Below are positions 9,280 to 17,864 of a DNA stretch of 57,502 bases, in pieces; within the stretch, counting starts at the first letter, position 1; each line of letters starts with the position of its first letter. Source of the stretch: Patescibacteria group bacterium (lineage in GTDB: Bacteria; Patescibacteriota; Patescibacteriia; JAGPKW01). The position numbers and the translations under genes were made by a program. Below the pieces are notes generated by a model. That model saw only the letters and a list, made by a program, of their open reading frames with translations. It was not told the origin of the DNA and did no database searches. Where the stretch lies: NCBI GenBank assembly GCA_021734125.1, contig JAIPJN010000002.1, forward strand, positions 1 to 57,502, written 5' to 3'.

Positions 9280-10503
9280 TTAATTTATCGCATTTGCTGT
9301 TGTCCAACAAACTTGTAAATTATAACCACCTGTTGGTCCATTTATATCTAAAACTTCTCCTGCAAAATATAAATTATCTATTATTTTTGATTTCATATTT
9401 TTTGGGTCAACTTCTTTTAAATCAACACCACCAGAGGTAATTATAGCTTTTTCAAAACCGTCTAATTTTAAAATATTAAATTCACATTCTTTCAATAAGT
9501 GAATCAATTTATTTCTTTCTTCTTTTGTTACAGAATTTACTTTTTTATCAGGATCTATTCCTGATTTTTTTATTACAAAAGGAATTAATTTTTGAGGTAA
9601 TAATTTATTTAAACTATTTTTAAAATCTTTATTATTTAATTTTTCAAAATCTCTTAAAATTCTATCATCTAACTTTTTGAAGTCTAAAGCAGGCTTGAAG
9701 TCTATCTTTAATCTAATGTTTAGATATTTATCTAAGTATTCAGAGATTTTTTCACTCATATCTAATATTATAGGCCCACTCATTCCTTCTCTTGTAAAAA
9801 TTGCTTCTCCAAAATTATCTATTAATTTTTTATTTTCAAAATATATAGAAATATTTACATTTTTTAAACTTAATCCTTCTAATTCTTTTATATTTTCTTT
9901 AAGAATAATAGAGCAAAGAGCAGGTTTTGGCTCTATAATTTTATGTCCTAATTTTTCTGCAAATTTATAACCATCTCCCGTTGATCCTGTTAGTGGATAT
10001 GATTTTCCACCTGTTGTTATTACAAAATTTTCTGCTTCTATTTCTTTTTTATTTTCTAAAATAATTTTTTCTATTTTATTTTTATTTTTCACAATATCCA
10101 AAACGGGCGAATTTTTTAATACTTCCACTTTATATTTTTCTAAATTTCTTTTTAGTATTTGAAGCACATCTTTTGCATTTCCTGTTTTTGGAAAAATTCT
10201 ATTTCCTCTTTCATTTTCTGTTTTTAATCCATTTTCTTCAAAAAAAGAAACAATATCGAAATTATTGAATTTAGAAAAAGATGAAAATAAAAATTTTCCA
10301 TTATTTCCATATTTTGAAATAAATTCACGAAAATCAGGCTCAGAATTAGTTATATTACATCTACCTTTTCCTGTAATTAATAATTTAATTCCAATTTTAG
10401 AATTTTTTTCTATCAAAATTACAGATTTTCCAGATTCAGCTAAAGAAATTGCAGAAAATATTCCAGCGGGACCAGCACCAATAATACAAAAATCGTAAAT
10501 CAT
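9280..10503 (-). CDS. NAD(P)/FAD-dependent oxidoreductase, HI0933/YhiN/BaiN family
   Basis: N-terminal YDFCIIGAGPAGIFSA dinucleotide fold. C-terminal ...YFAGEVLDINGPTGGYNLQ is typical of this family. Confidence 0.85.
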   Translation of the reverse strand: MIYDFCIIGAGPAGIFSAISLAESGKSVILIEKNSKIGIKLLITGKGRCNITNSEPDFREFISKYGNNGKFLFSSFSKFNNFDIVSFFEENGLKTENERGNRIFPKTGNAKDVLQILKRNLEKYKVEVLKNSPVLDIVKNKNKIEKIILENKKEIEAENFVITTGGKSYPLTGSTGDGYKFAEKLGHKIIEPKPALCSIILKENIKELEGLSLKNVNISIYFENKKLIDNFGEAIFTREGMSGPIILDMSEKISEYLDKYLNIRLKIDFKPALDFKKLDDRILRDFEKLNNKDFKNSLNKLLPQKLIPFVIKKSGIDPDKKVNSVTKEERNKLIHLLKECEFNILKLDGFEKAIITSGGVDLKEVDPKNMKSKIIDNLYFAGEVLDINGPTGGYNLQVCWTTANAIN

Positions 10504-10586
10504 AAAAAATTAATTAAAATATTAAGTTTATTATATATTATTCAACATAAACACGCCAATAAATGGGTTATTTTATAAACAACGTA

Positions 10587-10886
10587 GGAACGCGCCGTGG
10601 CGCGTTCCATCCATTTTAATATTAACGAATTATTCACAAAAATATATTGTAGTGGCCAGCCATGGCTGGCCATGCACATTGTTCGCCCGTTTTATTTCAA
10701 AATAATAAATAAAAAAATAATATTATTTTATAAAATAATGTAGTGGCCAACCATGGTTGGCCATTGAAAATTATGCGTCCATTTTATATTATGTGCCCGT
10801 TTTGTTTAAATATAAAATTAAACAAATATTGTGGGAACGCGCCGTGGCGCGTTCCCATATGATTTATAAAATAATCACAAATATTT
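10587..10886. repeat. cluster of four GC-rich palindromes (B, A, A', B) with conserved flanks
   Basis: ggaacgcgccgtggcgcgttcc at 10587-10608 and 10834-10855. tggccagccatggctggcca at 10653-10672. tggccaaccatggttggcca at 10743-10762. 26-bp tail at 10861-10886. Confidence 0.9.
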
Positions 10887-11147
10887 ATACAAATCGTGTT
10901 TTCCTATTGATATAAATAATATATCTCCATTTTTCATTCTTTCAAAAATAATCCTATATCCAGAAGTTATAGAAATAGACCAAATACCTTGAAATTTTCC
11001 ATGTAACTCATGAAGCCTTAAAGATGGATGTAAAGGATTATCTTTAAAAATTATTTCTTTTTTAATTGCTATATTAAGAATATTTTCAGGTAAATTTTTT
11101 AATTCTTTAACAAATTTTTTTGAATATAAAATTTTATTTATAATCAT
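10875..11147 (-). CDS. type II toxin, RelE/StbE family
   Basis: 90 aa. HELHGKFQGIWSISITSGYRIIF...ISIGKHDLY matches the RelE/ParE-superfamily pattern. Overlaps the upstream antitoxin gene by 4 nt. Confidence 0.75.
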   Translation of the reverse strand: MIINKILYSKKFVKELKNLPENILNIAIKKEIIFKDNPLHPSLRLHELHGKFQGIWSISITSGYRIIFERMKNGDILFISIGKHDLYKYL

Positions 11148-11371
11148 AAAAGTTCAGATAAAGAATTTGCAGATATAGATTCACCTTTTTTATATTCCTC
11201 TCTAGAAGATTTAATAGTTTTTAATAACTCATCTTCAGAAATTAAATCATTATCTAAAGAAAATAAATATTTTACATATGAAGAAACAGAATCAAAATTT
11301 CTTTTTTTTGATTTTTTTTTGATATCTTCAAGAATTTCAGAGGGAAGAGATATGCTTAGGACTTTTCTCAT
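11144..11371 (-). CDS. RHH/CopG-like antitoxin
   Basis: 75 aa. N-terminal VLSISLPSEILEDIKKKSKKRNFDSVSSYVKYL is ribbon-helix-helix-like. Position upstream of and overlapping the toxin. Confidence 0.6.
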   Translation of the reverse strand: MRKVLSISLPSEILEDIKKKSKKRNFDSVSSYVKYLFSLDNDLISEDELLKTIKSSREEYKKGESISANSLSELL

Positions 11372-11404
11372 AATTTTTTATATAAATTTTATTATAATAA
11401 TTAA

Positions 11405-11434
11405 ATTGTATTACATTTGTATTACAGATGTCAA
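11405..11434 (-). promoter_or_regulatory. candidate TA promoter with overlapping direct-repeat operator
   Basis: On the minus strand: TTGACA (11434-11429), an 18-nt spacer, then TACAAT (11410-11405). ttgtattaca is repeated at 11406-11415 and 11417-11426, an 11-bp period. Confidence 0.5.
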
Positions 11435-11483
11435 ATTAATATTCGCTCATTTTGAATAAAAATAAATATCAATAAAATATTTT

Positions 11484-11738
11484 TTGACACAATTTTTTTT
11501 GAATGATATTATAAATCTGCAATTAAAAATGCAAAATTTTAAGATTGAGGTATTTCTTTTTGAAATGCCTCTTTTCTTTTTATTTAATTTTTTTGCACAT
11601 ATTAATAACAATACATATTTTTTTTGCAAAAATAAACATAAAGGGTTAAAATAAAGTTGTTTTAAGCCCAATATTGAGCTTAGAATTAATGGATGTTTTT
11701 TGTATAGAGCATCCAAAAAAGGATGCTTAATTTTTTTA
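11484..11738 (+). promoter_or_regulatory. near-consensus promoter followed by two terminator-like hairpins upstream of hsdM
   Basis: TTGACA 11484-11489, 17 nt, tgaTATTAT 11507-11512. Hairpin gaggtatttc/gaaatgcctc 11547-11571 plus T-run. Hairpin agcatcc/ggatgct 11708-11727 plus T-run ending 16 nt before the hsdM ATG. Confidence 0.5.
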
Positions 11739-11753
11739 TGTTATATAAATAAA

Positions 11754-13265
11754 ATGAATGATAATAAAAATTTAAATTTTGAAACTCAGCTTTTTAAAGC
11801 GGCTGATAAACTTCGTAAAAATATTGATGCTGCAGAATACAAAAATGTAGTTCTTGGACTCATTTTTCTAAAATATATTTCTGAATCTTTTCAAGAACTC
11901 TATGATAAGCTAGCTCAAGATGAATTTTCTGATCCAGAAGATAGGGATGAATATAAAGCAGAAAATATATTTTTCGTACCAGAACAAGCAAGATGGAGAA
12001 ATTTACAGGCCAAGGCAAAACTCCCAACTATAGGACAAGAACTTGATGGTGCAATGGAATCTATAGAAAAAGAAAATTCAGAACTTCGTAATGTACTGCC
12101 AAAAGTTTTTGGAAAACCAAACTTAGATAAAACATCGCTTGGTCAACTTATAGATTTAATTTCAAATACAGAACTTAAAGCAACGAGTGAAAATTCAAAA
12201 GATCTTTTTGGTCGTGTTTATGAATATTTTCTAGGAGAATTTGCTAATGCAGAAGGTAAAAAAGGAGGGCAATTTTATACTCCAAAATCTATAGTAAAAC
12301 TAATGGTAGAAATGATTGAACCATATAAAGGAAAGGTTTATGACCCTGCTTGTGGTTCTGGTGGTATGTTTGTAATGAGTGAAAAATTTGTTTTAGGACA
12401 CCAAGGTAGTATTAAAGATATAAATATTTATGGGCAAGAATCTAATCAAACAACTTGGAAATTATCTAAAATGAATCTTGCTATTCGTAATTTATATTCG
12501 AAAGAAGTTGTTTGGAATACTGAAGGTAGTTTTTTAAAAGACGCTCATCCTGATTTAAAAGCAGATTTTGTATTAGCAAATCCTCCATTTAATCAATCAG
12601 ATTGGGGGCAAGAGTATTTGCAAGAAGATGCAAGATGGAAATATGGATTACCACCTGCCGGAAATGCAAATTTTGCTTGGATACAACATATGCTTTATCA
12701 TTTAGCACCACATGGAATAATGGCAACAGTTCTTGCAAATGGGTCACTTAGTTCCAATACATCAGGAGAAGGAGAAATTAGAAAAAATTTAATACAAAAT
12801 TATTTGGTAGAATGTATAGTTGCTCTTCCAAAACAACTTTTTTATAATACAGGAATTCCAGCCTGTATTTGGTTTTTAAGAAAAGAAAAACAAAGTAAAA
12901 GCAAAGAAATACTTTTTATAGATTCTTCAGAAATGGGATTTATGAAAGACAGAGTACATAGAGAGTTTGTAGATGAAGATATAAATAAAATTTCAGAAAC
13001 TTATCATAATTGGAGAAAAAATTCTGAAAAATATAAAGATATTAAGGGATTTTGTAAATCAGCGAGACAGGGAGAAGTAGAAAAAAATGGATTTGTATTA
13101 ACTCCTGGACGTTATGTAGGGATAGTTGATGCAATAGATGATGGTATTCTTTTTGAAGAAAAAATGGAAAAATTAACAACTACTCTAAAAGAACAGATGG
13201 ATAAAGAAAAAGAAATGAATGAGGAAATAAAAAAACAGTTAGAGAAAATAGGATTTAAGATTTAA
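11754..13265 (+). CDS. hsdM: type I restriction-modification methyltransferase subunit
   Basis: HsdM N-terminal domain (LFKAADKLRKNIDAAEYKNVVLGLIFLKYISE), motif I DPACGSGGM and motif IV LANPPFN. ATG 11754 preferred over the non-ATG start at 11700. Confidence 0.92.
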   Translation: MNDNKNLNFETQLFKAADKLRKNIDAAEYKNVVLGLIFLKYISESFQELYDKLAQDEFSDPEDRDEYKAENIFFVPEQARWRNLQAKAKLPTIGQELDGAMESIEKENSELRNVLPKVFGKPNLDKTSLGQLIDLISNTELKATSENSKDLFGRVYEYFLGEFANAEGKKGGQFYTPKSIVKLMVEMIEPYKGKVYDPACGSGGMFVMSEKFVLGHQGSIKDINIYGQESNQTTWKLSKMNLAIRNLYSKEVVWNTEGSFLKDAHPDLKADFVLANPPFNQSDWGQEYLQEDARWKYGLPPAGNANFAWIQHMLYHLAPHGIMATVLANGSLSSNTSGEGEIRKNLIQNYLVECIVALPKQLFYNTGIPACIWFLRKEKQSKSKEILFIDSSEMGFMKDRVHREFVDEDINKISETYHNWRKNSEKYKDIKGFCKSARQGEVEKNGFVLTPGRYVGIVDAIDDGILFEEKMEKLTTTLKEQMDKEKEMNEEIKKQLEKIGFKI

Positions 13266-13267
13266 AA
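13210..13267 (+). repeat. 58-bp direct repeat, copy 1 (the true 3' end of hsdM)
   Basis: aagaaatgaatgAGgaaataaaaaaacagttagagaaaataggatttaagatttaaaa. Matches 14510-14567 except for 2 nt, exactly 1300 bp apart. Confidence 0.95.
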
Positions 13268-13272
13268 GATAC

Positions 13273-13310
13273 TTGACATAATTGACATAATGTCAACTAA
13301 ATAGTAAAAT
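13273..13310 (+). promoter_or_regulatory. candidate fic promoter overlapping a 15-bp perfect palindrome
   Basis: ttgacataa (13273-13281), then TTGACATAATGTCAA (13282-13296). 17 nt after its TTGACA comes TAAAAT (13305-13310). A related split half-site pair lies at 13313-13337. Confidence 0.5.
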
Positions 13311-13344
13311 AATGGACATAATCGATATAATGTAAACTAATTTT

Positions 13345-14475
13345 ATGGAAAATATTCAGATAGGTAAATATATACAACAACCTAATGATTATAGGGCGTT
13401 TATCCCGAATAATTTTCCGGTGCCTGAAATGCTTAAAATTCCACAAGAATTATTAAATAAAGCAGTTTTAGCTGAAAGGTTATTAGGAAAGTTAGACGGA
13501 GTAACTCAAACTTTACCAGATATTGATTTTTTTATAAGAATGTTTAGTTATAAAGATGCCACTAATTCTTCTCAAATAGAAGGCACTCAAGCTACTATGG
13601 CGGATGCTTTGGAATTATCAGTTAAAATAAATGATAAAGAAACTGATGCAAATGATATTATTTTTTATATAAAAGCATTAGATTACGGTTTAAAAAAAAT
13701 ACAAGAAATACCATTATCCTTAAGATTTATTAAAGAAATTCATAAAGAATTAATGTATGGGGCTAGATCTACTCATTATTCTGCTCCTGGGGAATTTAGA
13801 GCTTCACAAAATTGGTTAGGAGGAGTGACTATAAAACAAGCTTCTTTTATCCCTATTCCTCATGATCAAATGTATGAAAAACTATCTGATTTAGAAAAAT
13901 TTTTACATAATAAAACTTTAACTTTACCAATTATAAATATTGCATATTCTCATGCTCAATTTGAAACAATCCATCCATTTTTAGATGGTAATGGAAGAGT
14001 TGGAAGACTTCTAATAACTTTTTTATTACAATATAATAAAACACTAGAAAAACCAGTTTTATTTTTATCTTCATTTTTTAAAAAACATCAAAAATTGTAT
14101 TATCAAAAATTAAATAATTATCATAATGGAGAAGTTTTTGAGTGGTTAGAATTTTTTTTAGATGGAGTTATTGAAACGGCTAAAGAATCTATTGAAATAT
14201 CTCAAAATGTAAGGAAAATAAAGGAAAAAGATATGACAAAAATTCAATTATTAGGTAAAAGAGAATCAAAAAGTACAATGAAAGTTTTATTTTATTTATT
14301 TTCTAATCCTATTATTACAAATTCTAAAATTGCTGAAGTTACTAATTTATCAAGACAGGGCTCAGTAAATATGAGTAATAGATTAAAAGAATTAGGGATA
14401 TTAAATGAAATACCATCAAAAACCAATTATGATAAAAAATATATTTATACGGAATATTTTAATACTTTTGTTTAA
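13345..14475 (+). CDS. Fic-family protein (Fic core with C-terminal wHTH-like tail)
   Basis: Canonical Fic motif HPFLDGNGRVGR, with SSQIEGT upstream of it as in long Fic proteins. The C-terminus ...SKIAEVTNLSRQGSVNMSNRLKELGIL is HTH-like. Confidence 0.9.
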   Translation: MENIQIGKYIQQPNDYRAFIPNNFPVPEMLKIPQELLNKAVLAERLLGKLDGVTQTLPDIDFFIRMFSYKDATNSSQIEGTQATMADALELSVKINDKETDANDIIFYIKALDYGLKKIQEIPLSLRFIKEIHKELMYGARSTHYSAPGEFRASQNWLGGVTIKQASFIPIPHDQMYEKLSDLEKFLHNKTLTLPIINIAYSHAQFETIHPFLDGNGRVGRLLITFLLQYNKTLEKPVLFLSSFFKKHQKLYYQKLNNYHNGEVFEWLEFFLDGVIETAKESIEISQNVRKIKEKDMTKIQLLGKRESKSTMKVLFYLFSNPIITNSKIAEVTNLSRQGSVNMSNRLKELGILNEIPSKTNYDKKYIYTEYFNTFV

Positions 14476-14509
14476 AAAAATATGTCTAATAGTAAAGAAA
14501 ATACAAATA

Positions 14510-14567
14510 AAGAAATGAATGCAGAAATAAAAAAACAGTTAGAGAAAATAGGATTTAAGATTTAAAA
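14510..14567 (+). repeat. 58-bp direct repeat, copy 2 (orphan copy of the hsdM 3' end)
   Basis: Same sequence as 13210-13267. With an upstream ATG (14482) it forms a 27-codon mini-ORF ending ...EMNAEIKKQLEKIGFKI, which mimics the HsdM C-terminus. Confidence 0.95.
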
Positions 14568-14569
14568 AT

Positions 14570-15022
14570 ATGGAAAAATATTTATTTAATTTAGTAAAAG
14601 ATAATATAGTTTGGTTTGTATTAGTTGCCTTATTTCTACTTTTTATTGTAATTCCCATACAAAGTATAAAAATATTTTCGAAATTAATTAAAAATAATAG
14701 AAAACCTGGGTATGGTGAACGTCTAGCAGATAGATATATTGATTTATATTTAAATAAAGAATCTAGAATTTTTAAGAAAAAAATGAATATTTCCATAAAT
14801 ACAAAATCAAGTATTTTAAGTTTTAATGTTAATGGAATGGGGCAAGTAGATAAAAAATTACAAGAATTAGATTTATTAGAAATAAAAGATAATAAAATTA
14901 TTTTTTCTAAAAATAAAAAAGATAGATTTAAAAATTATATAATTTTTAAATTAGTTAGATTTTATTTAATCAATTTTTTAGGAGATAAAAAAGATTTATA
15001 TAAAATAAATAAAAATGCCTAA
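14570..15022 (+). CDS. hypothetical protein, single N-terminal TM helix (ORF-A)
   Basis: 150 aa. Hydrophobic segment IVWFVLVALFLLFIVIPI. ATG lies 5 nt after the duplicated hsdM stop. Its stop overlaps the next ATG (ATGCCTAA). Confidence 0.6.
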   Translation: MEKYLFNLVKDNIVWFVLVALFLLFIVIPIQSIKIFSKLIKNNRKPGYGERLADRYIDLYLNKESRIFKKKMNISINTKSSILSFNVNGMGQVDKKLQELDLLEIKDNKIIFSKNKKDRFKNYIIFKLVRFYLINFLGDKKDLYKINKNA

Positions 15023-15731
15023 TATAGAAGAAAATACAACTAAAGGAATTAATACAGAAATTAAATATAATTGGCAATTATTTGCAGAAAGTTTTTTAAC
15101 TATTACAAAATGCGGTTGTGAAAAAATTTTGAATGATAATAAAATCGGTATGACAACTGAAGGTTTCGAAGACAGAAAATTAATTATTTCTACTGTATAT
15201 AATTTTAAACACTCTTTAGAAATTATATTAAAAACTTTAATTAAGAATTTTTATCCAGAAAAATTGAAAACTACTCATGATATAGAAAACGTTTTCAAAG
15301 ATATATATCCCACTATTTTTAATAATATTATTTTAAAATATAAATCTAAAAAGAAATTATTAAATAATAATAATTATGAAGATCTATTTGAAGTTACTGA
15401 ATTAACTGAAACCTCTTTAAAAGATAAATTTGTAAAATTACAAGAATTAGTAGACTATTATATTAATATTTCTTTTATAAAAAAAGAAATTATAAGTATA
15501 AAAGATGTAAAAAATACATTATTTAAATATCCAGAACAAAAAGATAAACAAGTATCTTTAGATTATTTACATTTTATGAGAAAAGAAAATTTTGAGGAAG
15601 TTAAGAATATTATTAAAAAAGTTAATAAAGATTGTGATGAATTACTGGGAATTATGAGATTAATTTTAATTATAAATATTTGGTTTAAAAAATTAGAAAA
15701 TTTATCAAATAATTCAGAAAATGAAAAATAA
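15015..15731 (+). CDS. hypothetical protein (ORF-B), no recognisable motif
   Basis: 238 aa. 8-nt overlap with ORF-A and 11-nt overlap with the hsdS start, so translationally coupled. No family signature I can name. Confidence 0.65.
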   Translation: MPNIEENTTKGINTEIKYNWQLFAESFLTITKCGCEKILNDNKIGMTTEGFEDRKLIISTVYNFKHSLEIILKTLIKNFYPEKLKTTHDIENVFKDIYPTIFNNIILKYKSKKKLLNNNNYEDLFEVTELTETSLKDKFVKLQELVDYYINISFIKKEIISIKDVKNTLFKYPEQKDKQVSLDYLHFMRKENFEEVKNIIKKVNKDCDELLGIMRLILIINIWFKKLENLSNNSENEK

Positions 15732-16956
15732 TAAATTTAAAATTCAAAATAAAAATTTCTCTCCAAGTGGTTGGGTGGAGACGACTTTGGGGGAGGTTTG
15801 CGAGATAAATCCAACAGAATCTTTACCAAAAGGAAAAATAGCAAAATGTGTCCCTATGGATTGTATTAATTCTTTCACAAGACAAATTTCAAGATTTGAA
15901 GAAAAAGAATTTAATGGAGGAATGAAATTTAGAAATGGAGATACTTTACTTGCAAGAATTACACCTTGTTTGGAAAATGGGAAAACTGCTTATGTAGATT
16001 TTTTAGATGAAAATGAAATTGGTTTTGGTTCTACTGAATATATTGTGATTAGAGAAAAACAAGGATTGAGTGATAAAAAATTTCTTTATTATCTAGCTGT
16101 ATCTCCAAGCTTTAAAGAAATTGCAATTAAAGCAATGACTGGAACTTCTGGAAGACAAAGGGTTCAAATTGATGTTTTGGTAAATAAAAACTTTCTTCTC
16201 CCGCCTCTCCCCGGACAACAAGCCATCGCTTCTGTTCTCTCGGCTTTTGATGATAAGATTGAATTATTAAGAGAAGAAAATAAAACGCTGGAAGAGACAG
16301 GACAAGTAATTTTTAAAGAATGGTTTGGAAAATATAGTGTAGATAAACCCGAAGAATTACCAGAAGGATGGAGAGTTGGGAAGTTGGGGGAAAAAAATTT
16401 TGCAGAAATTATTGGAAGTGGAATAAATGAATTTGATGGTGAAAAAATATATTTAGCAACAGCTAATGTTTCAGATTCAAATATTACAAATACAAATGAA
16501 AAAATAACATTTAAAGAAAGGCCTTCTCGTGCAAATATGCAACCGATAGAAAAAAGTATTTGGTTTGCAAAAATGCAAGATAGCAGAAAATTATTAATGT
16601 TTGATGATTATTCAGAATTTGAAATAGAAAATTTTATTTTATCAACAGGTTTTGCAGGAATTAAAACAACAGAAATTTCTCATTATTTTATGTGGTGTTT
16701 TATTTTAAGCAAAGAGTTTGATGAATTAAAAAATAATATGGCAAATGGTGCGGTTCAAATAGCAGTAAATAATACAAATTTAGAAAAAATTGAAATTCTA
16801 ATTCCAGATAATGAAACACTTGTAAAATTTAATGAATTAGCAAAACCAATATTTAAAAAAATTTACGATAACAATTCTCAAATCCAATCCCTCGCTTGTA
16901 GTCGTGATGAAATTTTGCCGAAACTCATGGCTGGGATGGTTAGAGTAAATTTTTAA
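15721..16956 (+). CDS. hsdS: type I restriction-modification specificity subunit
   Basis: 411 aa with two target-recognition halves. Conserved spacer region LPPLPGQQAIASVLSAFDDKIELL and C-terminal SLACSRDEILPKLMAGMVRV are typical of HsdS. Confidence 0.9.
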   Translation: MKNNKFKIQNKNFSPSGWVETTLGEVCEINPTESLPKGKIAKCVPMDCINSFTRQISRFEEKEFNGGMKFRNGDTLLARITPCLENGKTAYVDFLDENEIGFGSTEYIVIREKQGLSDKKFLYYLAVSPSFKEIAIKAMTGTSGRQRVQIDVLVNKNFLLPPLPGQQAIASVLSAFDDKIELLREENKTLEETGQVIFKEWFGKYSVDKPEELPEGWRVGKLGEKNFAEIIGSGINEFDGEKIYLATANVSDSNITNTNEKITFKERPSRANMQPIEKSIWFAKMQDSRKLLMFDDYSEFEIENFILSTGFAGIKTTEISHYFMWCFILSKEFDELKNNMANGAVQIAVNNTNLEKIEILIPDNETLVKFNELAKPIFKKIYDNNSQIQSLACSRDEILPKLMAGMVRVNF

Positions 16957-16974
16957 TTTTAACAAGGGAAAAAT

Positions 16975-17847
16975 ATGTCAATTGCTACTAAATTTGAAAA
17001 CCTTTGTAAAAATATACTAATAAGTCAAAATGATGCTGATAAAATTTCAAGTCGTTATAAGGCCATTACAAAAAGACTTAATAAAGATTTTTGGAATACA
17101 GAATCAGAAGAAAGTCATAGTTTATATGTTGGGTCATATGGAAGAGACACAGATATTCATGTAAGTGATGTGGATATGATTTTTCAACTACCGTATTCAG
17201 TGTATGAAACATACAACAATTATCTAGGGAATGGACAATCTTCATTATTACAAGCCGTAAGAACCTCTTTACAAAAAACATATTCAACAACACATATAAA
17301 AGGTGATGGTCAAATTATTGGTATAAATTGGGATGATGGTATTTGTTTTGAAATAGTCCCTTGTTTTATAAATAAAGATGATAGCTATACATTTCCTGAT
17401 AGTAATAATGGAGGTTCTTGGAAAACGACAAATCCTAAGCCAGAAATTAAAGCAATTAGAGAAAAAAATGTTGAATGCAATTATAATCTAAAAAGTCTTT
17501 GTAGAATGATTAGAGCATGGAAAGATAATTGTAGTGTTCCTCTCGGTGGTTTATTGATTGATACTTTTGCATATAATTTTTTGAGTAATTGGCAATATAA
17601 AGATAAATCGTTTTTATATTATGATTGGATGGTAAGAGATTTTTTTGAATACTTAAAAAATCAAAATGAAGATCAAGAATATTGGTTGGCTCCTGGAAGT
17701 AATCAGAGAGTAAATCGCAAAGGTAAATTTAATTACAAAGCAAAACTAGCATATAACACTATTTTGGAAGCTATGAAAGCAGAAGAATATAAATATGAGT
17801 ATACTGCCAATCAAAAATGGAAAGAAGTGTTTGGTTTAAAATTTTAA
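16975..17847 (+). CDS. SMODS-like (CD-NTase-related) pol-beta-fold nucleotidyltransferase
   Basis: GSYGRDTDIHVSDVDMIF (G-S...D-x-D) and a downstream acidic residue in CFEIVPCF. Size and layout match second-messenger oligonucleotide/dinucleotide synthetase domains. Confidence 0.75.
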   Translation: MSIATKFENLCKNILISQNDADKISSRYKAITKRLNKDFWNTESEESHSLYVGSYGRDTDIHVSDVDMIFQLPYSVYETYNNYLGNGQSSLLQAVRTSLQKTYSTTHIKGDGQIIGINWDDGICFEIVPCFINKDDSYTFPDSNNGGSWKTTNPKPEIKAIREKNVECNYNLKSLCRMIRAWKDNCSVPLGGLLIDTFAYNFLSNWQYKDKSFLYYDWMVRDFFEYLKNQNEDQEYWLAPGSNQRVNRKGKFNYKAKLAYNTILEAMKAEEYKYEYTANQKWKEVFGLKF

Positions 17848-17864
17848 TTTTTAAGGATAACAAT

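Noticed and set aside
10587-10886. The palindrome clusters (also at 22222-22322, 30897-31228, 51941-52135 and 56539-56861) as CRISPR arrays
   Set aside because: The repeats within a cluster differ in sequence (modules A-E), spacing is irregular, several are imperfect or half copies, and there is no cas gene in the window.
11447-11716. 89-aa minus-strand ORF between the TA pair and hsdM
   Set aside because: It has a basic, low-complexity translation and no RBS. The region is better explained by a plus-strand promoter and two hairpin/T-run structures.
14539-14796. 85-aa minus-strand ORF opposite ORF-A
   Set aside because: It lies antisense to a same-strand, translationally coupled operon and spans the duplicated hsdM tail. 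It has no initiation signals.
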